From NCBI GenBank assembly GCA_002070965.1, contig MWEH01000092.1:19066-83065 (forward strand): DNA of 64,000 nt, given 5' to 3'. Below, one piece after another: positions 53,828 through 63,702 of the stretch (positions are counted from its first letter, which is position 1; every line of letters begins with the position of its first letter). The stretch is from Firmicutes bacterium ADurb.Bin080 (lineage in GTDB: Bacteria > Bacillota > Clostridia > Christensenellales > DTU072). The notes beneath the pieces are model-generated. The model had not been told where the DNA came from. It ran no database searches and saw nothing but the letters and a program-made list of their open reading frames with translations. The position numbers and the translations under genes are program-made.

Positions 53828-55255
53828 TTAGTCCCAACGATACTTATTTTTTTTGTCTCTAATTTCTTGATTTGCTCTTTCAATATCTCTTTTCTCAATT
53901 TGGTATTTCAGTTTGGTTAGTATCACAAAAGCAATAATGACAAGAGTAAGACCAACTAATATACCAAGAGTAAGGTATGTCCTCAATTGTCGCTCCACAA
54001 TAAATATTGTACCAAGCGAATCCGAAGAAAATGATAAATCCCCGTTTAAATAATTATATTTAGTAATTTCGTGAACAAGACCCGTATTATCTACCACCAA
54101 AATTTTATAACCGAATATTTCTTTTAAGGTAACACCCGAAATTTTTATTTTATATCTAGAAGAACTCGATGATCCCTGAGACTGGGTAGTATCAAAACAA
54201 TATATGGGTTTATCCATATATGTATCCATATTCCTCAAAACTATTATGTCCATTGCTTCTAAGTATTTCTCATCATCAATTGATAAAGAAGAAATAATCA
54301 AAGAATAATCTGGATGAAAAACCCCAGAAATTGAAATATCATATAATTCATCATCTGAAATTGCTGATACTGAAAGCTTATTTATTGTAAGTATGCCTTC
54401 CAAATATTGAATCGAATAATTATCTGAAGCTCCTCCTGAAGGAATTATGTCATAAACTCCTGCATCGGTCTCCTCAAAAATTACTGTCGGTTCAGAAATA
54501 AGGTCATCAACAGTTTCATTGTTGACAAAACCAGTTATTGCTACGGAAAAGTCTGGTTCTTCCCCTTCATTAATTGTTATATCGTTAGCTTTTGCAGTCA
54601 AATTAGCTTTAGTAATTAATAGTATCCCTGGGTCGTTCCCAGTGTAGTCTGTGATGATATAATTGCTATTAGAAATACTGATAACAATTTCATATGAATC
54701 AGCCTCAACAGGTTTTATGTTCTCAGCCAATTCGTTTCTTAAACCAATATACTGATATGATAAACCTATGTCCTCATTGTCGATTACCCCTATAGGAGAA
54801 ATATTTCTGGAAAACTCCACGCCAAAATACTGGTAGGTTGAAGTTCCCGCATACTCAATAGTAATCGGCTTTGGGTTTATTGTAAGAGATGAAACCCAAG
54901 ATATTTCGGGTTCAGAATCATTTACTACAATGGAAACAACGTATTCTGCAGCATCAGTTGGAGGGGAATCAGAGGAAGTATAATTCTCCGATTCATAAAT
55001 AACCGTAAAATCGTAAAAAGGGATTCCTTGATATTCAATATTAATGATAAATTCTATTGGGGTTGCAGAGTAGACATGCTCCTGTGGCGTTATATCAAGT
55101 TCAAAGTCGTTAATATTATATTCTCCAGCAGCTTTTGCCGTAAAATAGTAATTCTCTTGATTTAGTTGATCGGAAAAACTAAAAAATACCAAACATAAAA
55201 AAATAGCGAGAAATATCATATAAAAGTTTATCTTTCCAAACCTATCACTAATCAT
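53828..55255 (-). CDS. 475-aa surface protein with MBG-type repeats and a C-terminal TM anchor
   Basis: N-terminal signal or anchor. Three to four repeats (DAAEYVVSIVV, EADSYEIVISISNSNYII, DAGVYDIIPSGGASDNYSIQYLEGILTINK). C-terminal TM LTLGILVGLTLVIIAFVIL plus a charged tail. Confidence 0.85.
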   Translation of the reverse strand: MISDRFGKINFYMIFLAIFLCLVFFSFSDQLNQENYYFTAKAAGEYNINDFELDITPQEHVYSATPIEFIINIEYQGIPFYDFTVIYESENYTSSDSPPTDAAEYVVSIVVNDSEPEISWVSSLTINPKPITIEYAGTSTYQYFGVEFSRNISPIGVIDNEDIGLSYQYIGLRNELAENIKPVEADSYEIVISISNSNYIITDYTGNDPGILLITKANLTAKANDITINEGEEPDFSVAITGFVNNETVDDLISEPTVIFEETDAGVYDIIPSGGASDNYSIQYLEGILTINKLSVSAISDDELYDISISGVFHPDYSLIISSLSIDDEKYLEAMDIIVLRNMDTYMDKPIYCFDTTQSQGSSSSSRYKIKISGVTLKEIFGYKILVVDNTGLVHEITKYNYLNGDLSFSSDSLGTIFIVERQLRTYLTLGILVGLTLVIIAFVILTKLKYQIEKRDIERANQEIRDKKNKYRWD

Positions 55256-55264
55256 GGTAAATTC

Positions 55265-56026
55265 CTAATCGTTATTAATTATATTTACTGACTTGATATA
55301 TACAAAAGGATAAGTACAATTTTCCAGCCCACTATTTATGTTTACATAACTAGATTTTCCAAGTTCAACAACGTTATATAAACTTAGTGTGTCTATGCAT
55401 TTTCCAAAGGCAGCATAATCCCCATCAAGATCTGTAGATTTAGTCAAACATATAAAGAACTGGTCAGTAGCACTATCTTTGTCATTAGGTAACCTTGCCA
55501 TAGATATTACCCCAGTTTCATGAAGAAGATCTTGATTTAGCAAAAAATCATTCGAGGAAAACTCACCAATTATCGGGTCTACCGATAATTGTGGGAGGAT
55601 TTCAATTTTTTGATCCTCTATAGAACTAGTAGTATATCCCCCACCTTGCAAAACAAAACCCGGTACAAGGCGGTGAACAATAGTATTTTCATAGTGTCCA
55701 GTTGAAGAAAGTGTAATAAAATTAGCACAAGTAATAGGAGCCAATTCCTCAAATAATGCAATACTTACCTTTCTTTCTGTTCCCTTTTGATCAGAAAAAA
55801 TTATTTCCGCAACAGTCAGACCTGAATAATCAAAAAGTGGTTGGTTCGTTGGTGCAGGAGAATAAAATGGCTCACCAGGGGCAATAGTATTAGTAGGTGT
55901 TGTCTCATCATTAGGTATAATGGGCTCAGCATCGTCTTTACATGATGACAAAAAAAACACAGATACACTAATAGTAGCAACGATTAATAGAACTAAAAAT
56001 TTTTTATGTATACTATTTATTTTCAT
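55265..56026 (-). CDS. Cyclophilin-type peptidyl-prolyl isomerase, lipoprotein
   Basis: Lipobox FFLSSC and cyclophilin core IVHRLVPGFVLQGGG. I prefer the start MKINSIHKK. Confidence 0.88.
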   Translation of the reverse strand: MKINSIHKKFLVLLIVATISVSVFFLSSCKDDAEPIIPNDETTPTNTIAPGEPFYSPAPTNQPLFDYSGLTVAEIIFSDQKGTERKVSIALFEELAPITCANFITLSSTGHYENTIVHRLVPGFVLQGGGYTTSSIEDQKIEILPQLSVDPIIGEFSSNDFLLNQDLLHETGVISMARLPNDKDSATDQFFICLTKSTDLDGDYAAFGKCIDTLSLYNVVELGKSSYVNINSGLENCTYPFVYIKSVNIINND

Positions 56027-56291
56027 TTTGCATAGAAAGAAACTGATCAAATACTTCTTTTAACAGATTTTCATCATCTATAGGTAGAAAAATCTCTTCA
56101 TCATTCTCATCGTAAGAAAGCTCATATATTAATAAATCACCGTCCTCAAACCCTTCAATTTCTTCAGCGGGCTCCAAACATATGAATGTTCTTTGATTGT
56201 ATTCAACAAGAGCTATTTCACGAAATTCATGCTCATCACCCTTATCTCCAACAAGAACAATTACTTCTTCCATATTATTTAAATTTTCCAT
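56013..56291 (-). CDS. DUF1292 (YrzB-like) small acidic protein
   Basis: 92 aa and acidic. Directly follows ruvX, as yrzB does in B. subtilis. Confidence 0.75.
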   Translation of the reverse strand: MENLNNMEEVIVLVGDKGDEHEFREIALVEYNQRTFICLEPAEEIEGFEDGDLLIYELSYDENDEEIFLPIDDENLLKEVFDQFLSMQNENK

Positions 56292-56302
56292 AAAAATACA
56301 CC

Positions 56303-56719
56303 CTATGAAATTTTATTTAAGTAAGTTTCCAGAATAATAGTTGCTGCCACTTTATCTATTACCTTCTTTCTATCATCTCTCCTTACTCCACTTGAAATGA
56401 GAATCCTCTCCGCTTGAACAGATGTTAGCCTTTCATCCATATAAACAATCTTAATCTTATCACCCGAAAGTTTTTTTAATTCTTCGCCAAATTTTAATGA
56501 AATCTCAGCCCTATTTCCATTTGTGCCATCCATATTTCGAGGTAATCCTATTACAATTGTATCCACGCTTTCTTTTTGACAAATACCCAATACTTCTCCA
56601 TAGATATTTTCTATTTCCTTTCTGTAAAGAGTTTTATACCCTGAAGCAATTACCCCTAAAGGATCGCTTGTCGCAACCCCAATCCGGACATCCCCAATGT
56701 CAAGAGCCATTTTCCTCAT
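56303..56719 (-). CDS. ruvX: Holliday-junction-resolvase-like pre-16S rRNA nuclease YqgF/RuvX
   Basis: MALDIGDVRIGVATSD, GLPRNMDG and DERLTS motifs. The start is ATG at 56719 or 56710. Confidence 0.9.
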   Translation of the reverse strand: MRKMALDIGDVRIGVATSDPLGVIASGYKTLYRKEIENIYGEVLGICQKESVDTIVIGLPRNMDGTNGNRAEISLKFGEELKKLSGDKIKIVYMDERLTSVQAERILISSGVRRDDRKKVIDKVAATIILETYLNKIS

Positions 56720-56720
56720 A

Positions 56721-57260
56721 TTAATAATTTTGGTTATGCACTTCGAAATATGATTGAGGATGATTACAAACGGGGCACTTTTCCGGAGCTTCATCAGAGA
56801 TTAAAATATGACCACAATTTCTGCAGATCCATTCGATTTTATTCGATTTCTTGAAAACAGAGCCATTTTTAATATTATTAGCTAAACTTAAATATCTTTC
56901 TTCATGTGACTTTTCTACTCCGGCCACACCTTCAAATAGTTTTGCTATTTCAACAAATCCTTCTTGTTTTGCAACCTCTGCAAACTCCTTATACATTTGG
57001 GTCCATTCTTCGTGCTCACCTTGCGCGGCGGTAAGTAAGTTTTCATATGTGTCTTTGATTCCCTCGAACGCTTTAAACCAAAGCTTAGCATGTTCCTTTT
57101 CGTTAAGAGCAGTGGTAGAAAAAATGTCTGCTATTTGTTCGAATCCATCTTTTTTGGCCTTACTTGCAAAATAATCATATTTATTTCTTGCCATACTTTC
57201 GCCAGCAAAAGCAAACTTCAAATTTACTTCCGTCTTTGACCCTTTTAATTCTTTACTCAT
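56721..57260 (-). CDS. rbr: Rubrerythrin
   Basis: Ferritin-like di-iron domain (two E..H motifs: NEKEHAKLW and VEKSHEERY) plus a C-terminal rubredoxin-type CRNCGH...CPVCNHP. Confidence 0.92.
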   Translation of the reverse strand: MSKELKGSKTEVNLKFAFAGESMARNKYDYFASKAKKDGFEQIADIFSTTALNEKEHAKLWFKAFEGIKDTYENLLTAAQGEHEEWTQMYKEFAEVAKQEGFVEIAKLFEGVAGVEKSHEERYLSLANNIKNGSVFKKSNKIEWICRNCGHILISDEAPEKCPVCNHPQSYFEVHNQNY

Positions 57261-58554
57261 TTGTTTCTCCTTTATTTAAAAATTTTAACTTATTAATAAT
57301 TATACACTTTTCTTCTCCGTTTTGTGAAGGATAATAAAATCTAGAGTTTTTTAATTCATCTGGTAAATATTGTTGATTGACCCATCCCCCAAAATCATGT
57401 GGATATTTATACTCGATCTCTTTGTTGTTTTTTAACTCTCGGTTAATTATGTGCTTTGGAATAGAATAGTTTATGGGATTCTCTACAGCTTTTTTTGCTT
57501 CATCTATTGCTAAATAAACCGAATTTGACTTAGGACAAAGAGTTACATAAATTATTGCTTCATTTAGCGGCAAGAGACATTCAGGTAAACCTATCTTTTC
57601 GGTGGCATTCAATGCTGCTAAACTTATTGTTAAAGCGAAAGGGTCCGCTAAACCCACATCCTCTGCAGAATGTATAACCAATCTTCGTGCAATTATAACT
57701 GGATCAACGCCACTTTCCGTAAGCTTCAATGAGTAAAACATAGCTGCATCTGGGTCCCCACCCCTTATGCTCTTGCAAAAAGCACTTAACAAATCATAAT
57801 AATCCTGGTCGCTAAGTGAAATTGCCCTCTTCTGCATAATTTCTTCCGAAATACTAACGTCAATATGTATTACACCATCCTTATTTGCATTTGTAGTAAT
57901 GACCGCTAACTCAAGAGAATCGAGAGCAACCCTCATATCCCCATAACTAAACCTGGCTATATGGTCTAGAGCTTCTGAGTCAACCATTAGATTGTAATTC
58001 CCCAACCCATGTTCCTTATCAACAATCGACTTTTGCAAACCTTGTTTTATTTCGCTAATGTTTAACGAATGAAACTCGAATACTCTACAGCGACTAAGAA
58101 TTGCCTTGGTCATACTCGAATAAGGATTCTCGGTTGTGGTTCCAATAAATATGATCTCTCCATTTTCCATAGCGGAAAGCACACAATCAGACTGAGCTTT
58201 GCTCCATCTATGACACTCATCCAATATTAAGTATGTTTTCTTGGAAAACAATGCCAAATTTTGCTTCGCTTGTTGAATGATTTCCTTGGCTTCTGAAACT
58301 CCAGATGAAACCGCATTTAAATGTTTGTAATCCGCATTTGTGGTTTCAGCAATGATATTAGCTAAAGTTGTTTTTCCTGTTCCGGGCGGTCCATAAAAAA
58401 TACAACTACCCAATCTGTCTGCAGAAATGGCTCTCTGCAAAAAAGAACCCTCATGAATAATGTGTTTTTGTCCCAAAAAATTGTTTAGAGAATTAGCTCT
58501 CATTCTTTGGCTCAAAGGAGCATTATTTTTTAGATTATTTGAAAAGAAATCCAT
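57253..58554 (-). CDS. rarA: Replication-associated recombination protein A (MgsA/RarA AAA+ ATPase)
   Basis: [20 protein letters not shown] and IGTTTENP motifs. Confidence 0.93.
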   Translation of the reverse strand: MDFFSNNLKNNAPLSQRMRANSLNNFLGQKHIIHEGSFLQRAISADRLGSCIFYGPPGTGKTTLANIIAETTNADYKHLNAVSSGVSEAKEIIQQAKQNLALFSKKTYLILDECHRWSKAQSDCVLSAMENGEIIFIGTTTENPYSSMTKAILSRCRVFEFHSLNISEIKQGLQKSIVDKEHGLGNYNLMVDSEALDHIARFSYGDMRVALDSLELAVITTNANKDGVIHIDVSISEEIMQKRAISLSDQDYYDLLSAFCKSIRGGDPDAAMFYSLKLTESGVDPVIIARRLVIHSAEDVGLADPFALTISLAALNATEKIGLPECLLPLNEAIIYVTLCPKSNSVYLAIDEAKKAVENPINYSIPKHIINRELKNNKEIEYKYPHDFGGWVNQQYLPDELKNSRFYYPSQNGEEKCIIINKLKFLNKGETNE

Positions 58555-58580
58555 TTATTCTCCACAAAAATATAAAAATC

Positions 58581-58605
58581 AATAAAAAAGAGCGGTGAAG
58601 CTCTT
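58581..58605 (-). terminator. Intrinsic terminator after rnpB
   Basis: On the minus strand: aagagc-ttcacc-gctctt followed by ttttttatt. Confidence 0.7.
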
Positions 58606-58606
58606 A

Positions 58607-58931
58607 TTGTGAGTTGACCTGTAAGCCGAGTTCTGTCTAGAATGGTCATCTATCTTGGCCCCTAGTCGCCTAAAGAGCTCTAGCGATTAAGGAGAATAGC
58701 GGGCAACTAATAATCTCCTTTCTTGCATCAAGTGGGGTTTACACAGCCATTTTTGTCGCCAAAATGCTGGTGTGCTCTTAACACACCTTTTCACCCTTAC
58801 AGTAAAAAAACTGCGGTATTTTTCTGTTGCACTTTCCTTGAAGTCACCTTCAGCAGGATTTCTCTGCCACCTTGCCTTATGATGCTCGGACTTTCCTCAC
58901 ATTAAATGTGTAACCATCCAGTCAACTCACA
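58607..58931 (-). ncRNA. rnpB: RNase P RNA (bacterial type B, about 325 nt)
   Basis: The minus strand reads GTGAGTTGAC...GTGAGGAAAGTCCGAGC...GTAAACCCCAC...AGATAGATGACC...ACAGAACTCGGCTTACAGGTCAACTCAC. P1 pairing is GTGAGTTGAC/GTCAACTCAC. The universally conserved P4 elements GAGGAAAGUCC and ACAGAA.CGGCUUA are present. Confidence 0.92.
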
Positions 58932-58936
58932 AAAGC

Positions 58937-58945
58937 ATTATAACA
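58937..58945 (-). promoter_or_regulatory. Extended -10 (TGTTATAAT) promoter of rnpB
   Basis: On the minus strand, TGTTATAAT lies about 6 nt upstream of the start of the P1 stem. Confidence 0.6.
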
Positions 58946-58966
58946 TTTTTAATTAATTATCGGAAA

Positions 58967-59428
58967 CTATTTAGTTTTATTATCAACTAATTTATTAATC
59001 TCTTCTCTCATCATATTAATATCAGTAAATTTTCTGTGGACGGAAGCAAAACGAACATATGCTACCTCATCCAGCTCCTTCAATCCTTCCATTACCATAT
59101 CACCAATTTTTTTGGAAGAAATTTCTTGTGCGAGTGAATTATTTACTTTCTTTTCTATTTCTCCGACCAATGAATCTATTTGGTCAAGAGATACTGGACG
59201 TTTTTCACAGGCTTTTATTAAACCTTTTTTGATTTTTGATACATCAAATAATTGTCTGTTTCCATCATTTTTAATAACCAATACTGGCATGCTTTCGATT
59301 TTCTCATAAGTCGTATATCTTTTCTTGCAAACTTCACACTCTCTTCTTCTTCTAATTGCTGACCCATCATCGCTTTCTCTACTATCTACGACTTTGCTAT
59401 CAAGGCTTCCACAAAAAGGACATTTCAT
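58967..59428 (-). CDS. nrdR: Transcriptional repressor NrdR
   Basis: Zinc ribbon MKCPFCGS...RRRRECEVC and an ATP-cone domain. Confidence 0.95.
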   Translation of the reverse strand: MKCPFCGSLDSKVVDSRESDDGSAIRRRRECEVCKKRYTTYEKIESMPVLVIKNDGNRQLFDVSKIKKGLIKACEKRPVSLDQIDSLVGEIEKKVNNSLAQEISSKKIGDMVMEGLKELDEVAYVRFASVHRKFTDINMMREEINKLVDNKTK

Positions 59429-59464
59429 AATATTGCTCCATTTTAAGCTAATTTTTATAATACT

Positions 59465-60676
59465 TTATTTATTATTATCTATATTTTTTGACCTTTTCTG
59501 CAAAAAAGCCGGTAATCTGCTTGAAGACACTGGAATTCTCTGACTATCTAAATTCGTGGTGCTAACAGTATCAATGTTCTCTCTTTCTCGCGAAGAATCT
59601 TCTGGCTTTTCTCCATTTAAAAGGTCGCTGCTCTCCTGGTATCCGTACATTGTGCTCATTTTTTTGTTCAAATCTTTATCCTTTTCTGTAAAAATCTGTC
59701 TTTCCATTAATCCGTAATTGCTCGAGCCATCTGGTTTGGTTTGAAAGCCGGTAGCGATAACTGTAATTACTACCTCTCCATTTAAGGTGTCATCAATTCC
59801 CATGCCAAATATTATTTTTGCTTCTTGAGACACTACTTCTTTAATTAAACCTACGCTGTCATACACTTCATCCATAGTTAACCCTTGATCTCCAGCAACG
59901 TAAATCAATATTCCTGTAGCTCCACCAATATTTGTTTCAAGTAGATTGCTTTTAACTGCCTGCTTTACTGCATCAAAAGTCCTTTTTTCGCCTTTTCCAC
60001 GTCCTATTCCGATGTGTGCGTTTCCTTGCGCCTTAATAATAGTTTTAATGTCATTGAAATCAAGATTAATTAAAGAAGGAGTCATTATTATTTCCGATAT
60101 TCCTTGTATACCTTGTCTCAAAACATCATCCGCAGCTTGAAAAGCTTTTACAAAAGGAGTTCCTTTCGGCATATACTGCTGTAATTTTTCATTTGGAATA
60201 ACTAATAAAGTGTCTACACATTTTTTTAATTCAGCAATTCCTTTTTCTGCGTTTTCCATCCTTACTCTACCCTCGAATCTTTCAAATGGTTTTGTAACGA
60301 CAGCCACAGTTAAAATTCCCATCTCCTTTGCCATTTCTGCTATTACTGGGGCTGCACCAGTTCCTGTGCCTCCTCCCATACCAGCGGTTATAAACAATAA
60401 ATCTGTATCTTGAAGTATCGCTTTTATCTCTTCTTTGCTTTCTTCTGCAGCACGTTTCCCAATCTCAGGATCTGAGCCAGCCCCAAGACCCTTCGTTAAA
60501 GTCGAACCCAATTGAAGTTTAATTTGGGCGTGCGACATATTTAATGCCTGCATATCTGTATTTGCAGCAATAAAAGTAGCGGACGTGACGCCAGAAAAAA
60601 TCATTCTGTTTATCGCATTATTGCCCCCTCCGCCAACTCCAATTACCTTTATATTTGCGATACCTGATGTAGTCAT
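59465..60676 (-). CDS. ftsZ: Cell division protein FtsZ
   Basis: GGGTGTGAAPVIA tubulin signature, NTDMQAL, and C-terminal peptide RLPAFLQKR. Confidence 0.96.
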   Translation of the reverse strand: MTTSGIANIKVIGVGGGGNNAINRMIFSGVTSATFIAANTDMQALNMSHAQIKLQLGSTLTKGLGAGSDPEIGKRAAEESKEEIKAILQDTDLLFITAGMGGGTGTGAAPVIAEMAKEMGILTVAVVTKPFERFEGRVRMENAEKGIAELKKCVDTLLVIPNEKLQQYMPKGTPFVKAFQAADDVLRQGIQGISEIIMTPSLINLDFNDIKTIIKAQGNAHIGIGRGKGEKRTFDAVKQAVKSNLLETNIGGATGILIYVAGDQGLTMDEVYDSVGLIKEVVSQEAKIIFGMGIDDTLNGEVVITVIATGFQTKPDGSSNYGLMERQIFTEKDKDLNKKMSTMYGYQESSDLLNGEKPEDSSRERENIDTVSTTNLDSQRIPVSSSRLPAFLQKRSKNIDNNK

Positions 60677-60677
60677 A

Positions 60678-61847
60678 TTATTTCCTCCTGAATATATACT
60701 TGAAATTATTAAGCAATTTATTAAAAAAACCTATTTTATTTATCTTTGTTTGCATCAGCATAAGCAAGGAAGCAATCCCGCTAAAAGAAGGCTTATTGTA
60801 TTGTGGAATTGGAGATGAGATTATCTCTATGTCTTTTCCAAGAATTTGTGCCATTCTTTCTCGTGCCCCGGTTATATTCGCGAACCCTGATCCTGTCAAA
60901 TAAATCGGAGAACTCTCTTGACTCTTATACGGGCATGAATTAATTGCCTTCTGGACATAATCACAGATATCATCAATTGCTGAAACAGCGATCTCATTTA
61001 TTAATGAAATTTTATATGCAAAATTAGAATTATTAACGGAAATATAATATTGATCATTTGAAGCGGGAGACAAATTGATGTTTATTTTTTCTGCGAGAGA
61101 CGCAACATGGTCATAAGGTATATCCAGTACATCCATTATGTCCGAAGCAATATATCCTCCTCCCAAAGAAAAAGATTTAATAAAGACCAACCCATCTCCT
61201 TGAGAAAAGGCTACAGAACTGCTAATAAAACCAATATCCACCAAAAATGCTCCATTGTCTCTTGCATCTCTGGGCATCAAAAACATGGTTTCTGCCAATA
61301 TGGTAGAGGTGTATTCAAAACATATATTTAGCTCATTTGATATATCGTTAAATAAATCATAAAAATATCTATCACACAGAACATATGAGATTTGTGCTTT
61401 TATATTTTGAGCATATTTACCTTCCGGACACATAGTACGCTCATTTTCATCCAAAATATAACAAATAGGTGAAGCATTTATTGCAACATTGGAATCATTT
61501 TTTATAGGTTCACCTTTAATAAGAATATTATCTGCATCTCTAGAAATAATCTTTCTTCTTGTCGGGCCCAAGGACATTTCAACCTCTTTTTCTATTACAT
61601 TAGTAAATTCTCCAGGGACTCCCACAAGGATTTTTGATATTTTACCAAAAACTGACGTTTCACATTCTTTTATAAGCGACTTTATGCAGAAAAACAAATC
61701 CTCTTCATCTATAAAATTTCCATTTTGGAAACCAAGGAACGCTTTATAAGACTCATAAAAAAAACTGTTTGAACATTTCCCATCAATAATAGCTAGAGTT
61801 ATATTATCCGAACCAATATTCAATATTGCATCTTTTATTATTTTCAT
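60678..61847 (-). CDS. ftsA: Cell division protein FtsA (divergent)
   Basis: Actin-like ATPase of 389 aa directly upstream of ftsZ. C-terminal amphipathic helix GFFNKLLNNFKYIF is typical of the FtsA membrane-targeting sequence. Confidence 0.8.
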   Translation of the reverse strand: MKIIKDAILNIGSDNITLAIIDGKCSNSFFYESYKAFLGFQNGNFIDEEDLFFCIKSLIKECETSVFGKISKILVGVPGEFTNVIEKEVEMSLGPTRRKIISRDADNILIKGEPIKNDSNVAINASPICYILDENERTMCPEGKYAQNIKAQISYVLCDRYFYDLFNDISNELNICFEYTSTILAETMFLMPRDARDNGAFLVDIGFISSSVAFSQGDGLVFIKSFSLGGGYIASDIMDVLDIPYDHVASLAEKININLSPASNDQYYISVNNSNFAYKISLINEIAVSAIDDICDYVQKAINSCPYKSQESSPIYLTGSGFANITGARERMAQILGKDIEIISSPIPQYNKPSFSGIASLLMLMQTKINKIGFFNKLLNNFKYIFRRK

Positions 61848-61956
61848 TTTTACTAACCTATTTTAGATGGTTTTTTATCGCAAAGGTTTTTCACCTAAAG
61901 ATTTCTTTTATATAGTATATCATAAACTTTTTAGAACAACATTATCCAAAAGTCTA

Positions 61957-62172
61957 TTATTCGTAACATATTATAATATCTGATAAAAAGTACTCTTCTA
62001 AAAATGATTCCTTTGCTTTATTAGTAGTATCTCGCATGCAAACAAGACCACTATCTTTTGCATCGGAATAAGTAATATCTTTTGAATGAATCAAACCAGC
62101 GACTATTACACTGGCTAAAACTAAAATCGATATAATAAATACTAAAATATTCTTAATCATAGTATTTTTCAT
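61957..62172 (-). CDS. Small (71 aa) protein with an N-terminal TM helix or signal, function unknown
   Basis: Strong SD (GAGGA, 7 nt spacer, ATG). N-terminal hydrophobic helix ILVFIISILVLASVIVAGL. Confidence 0.6.
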   Translation of the reverse strand: MKNTMIKNILVFIISILVLASVIVAGLIHSKDITYSDAKDSGLVCMRDTTNKAKESFLEEYFLSDIIICYE

Positions 62173-62254
62173 TTATTTATCCTCATCCATTCCGAAAAGC
62201 CATTCAATATGTTGTAGGTATATCCATTTGGATTTAGCCAAGGTTTTATATCTA

Positions 62255-62734
62255 TTAACCTATTAATGTAAAAAAAAACAATGCAGCCGCCCCAATCAAT
62301 GAAATTAAATATAATGTAATAAAAATTTTAGCCCTTTTGCTTAATTGTTCTTTTTCTTTTCTTGCATATCTATGAGTTATATTTTTCGAGTGATATTTTT
62401 CATTAAATTCATCGAGGCTTAAAATTTTATCAGGATTTTTCCTATTGATCTGCGATAGCATATAATCATCATAAGACGCAAAAATTTGAGCGTCATTTTT
62501 AATAATTCTTTGCTTCTTAATTTTTTCTCTTGAATCAACATTGGGTTTTTCGTTCGTTCTAGTCGAAGGCACCGAAACTACGTATTCATTGGTGTATAGA
62601 AAAGAAATATTTTCTGCGCGTTTCTTTTCTTGCATAAATCTATCATAATCAGTAATTATGTCCTGGTCTCTACCAATTCGGTCAAAAACATCGTTATTTT
62701 GCATTGCTGCAACATCTCTTCTTAACGTTACCAT
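62255..62734 (-). CDS. Tail-anchored 159-aa protein in the slot normally occupied by ftsL, function unknown
   Basis: GGAGGAG SD. Charged cytoplasmic part with a single C-terminal TM IFITLYLISLIGAAALFFFTLIG. Confidence 0.7.
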   Translation of the reverse strand: MVTLRRDVAAMQNNDVFDRIGRDQDIITDYDRFMQEKKRAENISFLYTNEYVVSVPSTRTNEKPNVDSREKIKKQRIIKNDAQIFASYDDYMLSQINRKNPDKILSLDEFNEKYHSKNITHRYARKEKEQLSKRAKIFITLYLISLIGAAALFFFTLIG

Positions 62735-62763
62735 TTCTTCTCCTCCAAATTCAATAATATCTA

Positions 62764-63702
62764 TTAAATCCTTTCCGCAATTCTCAATTTTGCGCTCTTA
62801 GCTCTTCTATTTATTGTTATTTCCTCCGAACTAGCAACTATTGGTTTCGATGTAATAATACTTATTTCTCTCCGTTTGTTACACGTACATATCGGCGATT
62901 TCTTGTCACAAATACAATCTTTTTCCAAATAATTGAATGCTTTCTTAATAATTCTATCTTCTAAGGAATGAAAGCTTATTACGGCGATTCTTCCCTGGCT
63001 TCTTAACCTTAAGCTAACAGATAATATAAAATCATATAATCCACTCAACTCTTGATTTACTTCTATTCTCAAAGCTTGAAATACCCTCTTGGCCGGATTT
63101 CCATCTCTATAGTTTGACGGATAACATGATTTAACCAACTCTGCAAGCTCATACGTTGTTTCTATTTCCTTATCTTTTCTTTCTGCTATTATCCTTGCGG
63201 CAATTTTGCCTGCATAATTTTCTTCTCCATATTCTCTGAAAATTTTTGCCATTTCCTCAAATGGTGCATCCCTCAGTATCTCATAAGCAGAAATCCCTTT
63301 GGTTTGGTCCATTCTCATGTCGATTTTTCCGTCATTTGTATAAGAAAAACCTCTGTCGGGATCATCGATTTGCATAGAAGATACTCCCAAATCAAGCAAA
63401 ACCCCATCTATTTCTCTAATATTTAAACTGTCAAGATACTTAATAATGTTCTTATAGTCGTCTTGTACAAGGATTATTTTATCTTCGAACATGTGTAACT
63501 TATTACGGGTTATCTTAATTGCTTCAGGGTCCAAATCAAAGCCTATTAGTTTCCCCGAAGTCAATCTGCTCACTATTTCTTTTGAATGTCCTCCCAGGCC
63601 TACAGTTCCATCTACATATATACCATTTGCTTTTATTGATAAACCATCAATTGTTTCTTTTAATAGTACTGGTATATGGCTGATTTTATCCTCACTTATC
63701 AT
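62764..63702 (-). CDS. rsmH: 16S rRNA m4C1402 methyltransferase RsmH (MraW)
   Basis: HIPVLLKE, YVDGTVGLGGHS, FDLDPEA, LLDLGVSS and SFHSLEDR motifs. Confidence 0.95.
   Translation of the reverse strand: MISEDKISHIPVLLKETIDGLSIKANGIYVDGTVGLGGHSKEIVSRLTSGKLIGFDLDPEAIKITRNKLHMFEDKIILVQDDYKNIIKYLDSLNIREIDGVLLDLGVSSMQIDDPDRGFSYTNDGKIDMRMDQTKGISAYEILRDAPFEEMAKIFREYGEENYAGKIAARIIAERKDKEIETTYELAELVKSCYPSNYRDGNPAKRVFQALRIEVNQELSGLYDFILSVSLRLRSQGRIAVISFHSLEDRIIKKAFNYLEKDCICDKKSPICTCNKRREISIITSKPIVASSEEITINRRAKSAKLRIAERI

Noticed and set aside
58723-58905. 60-aa plus-strand ORF from the ORF track
   Set aside because: It lies entirely inside the RNase P RNA gene on the opposite strand. It has no SD, and its composition reflects the structured RNA.
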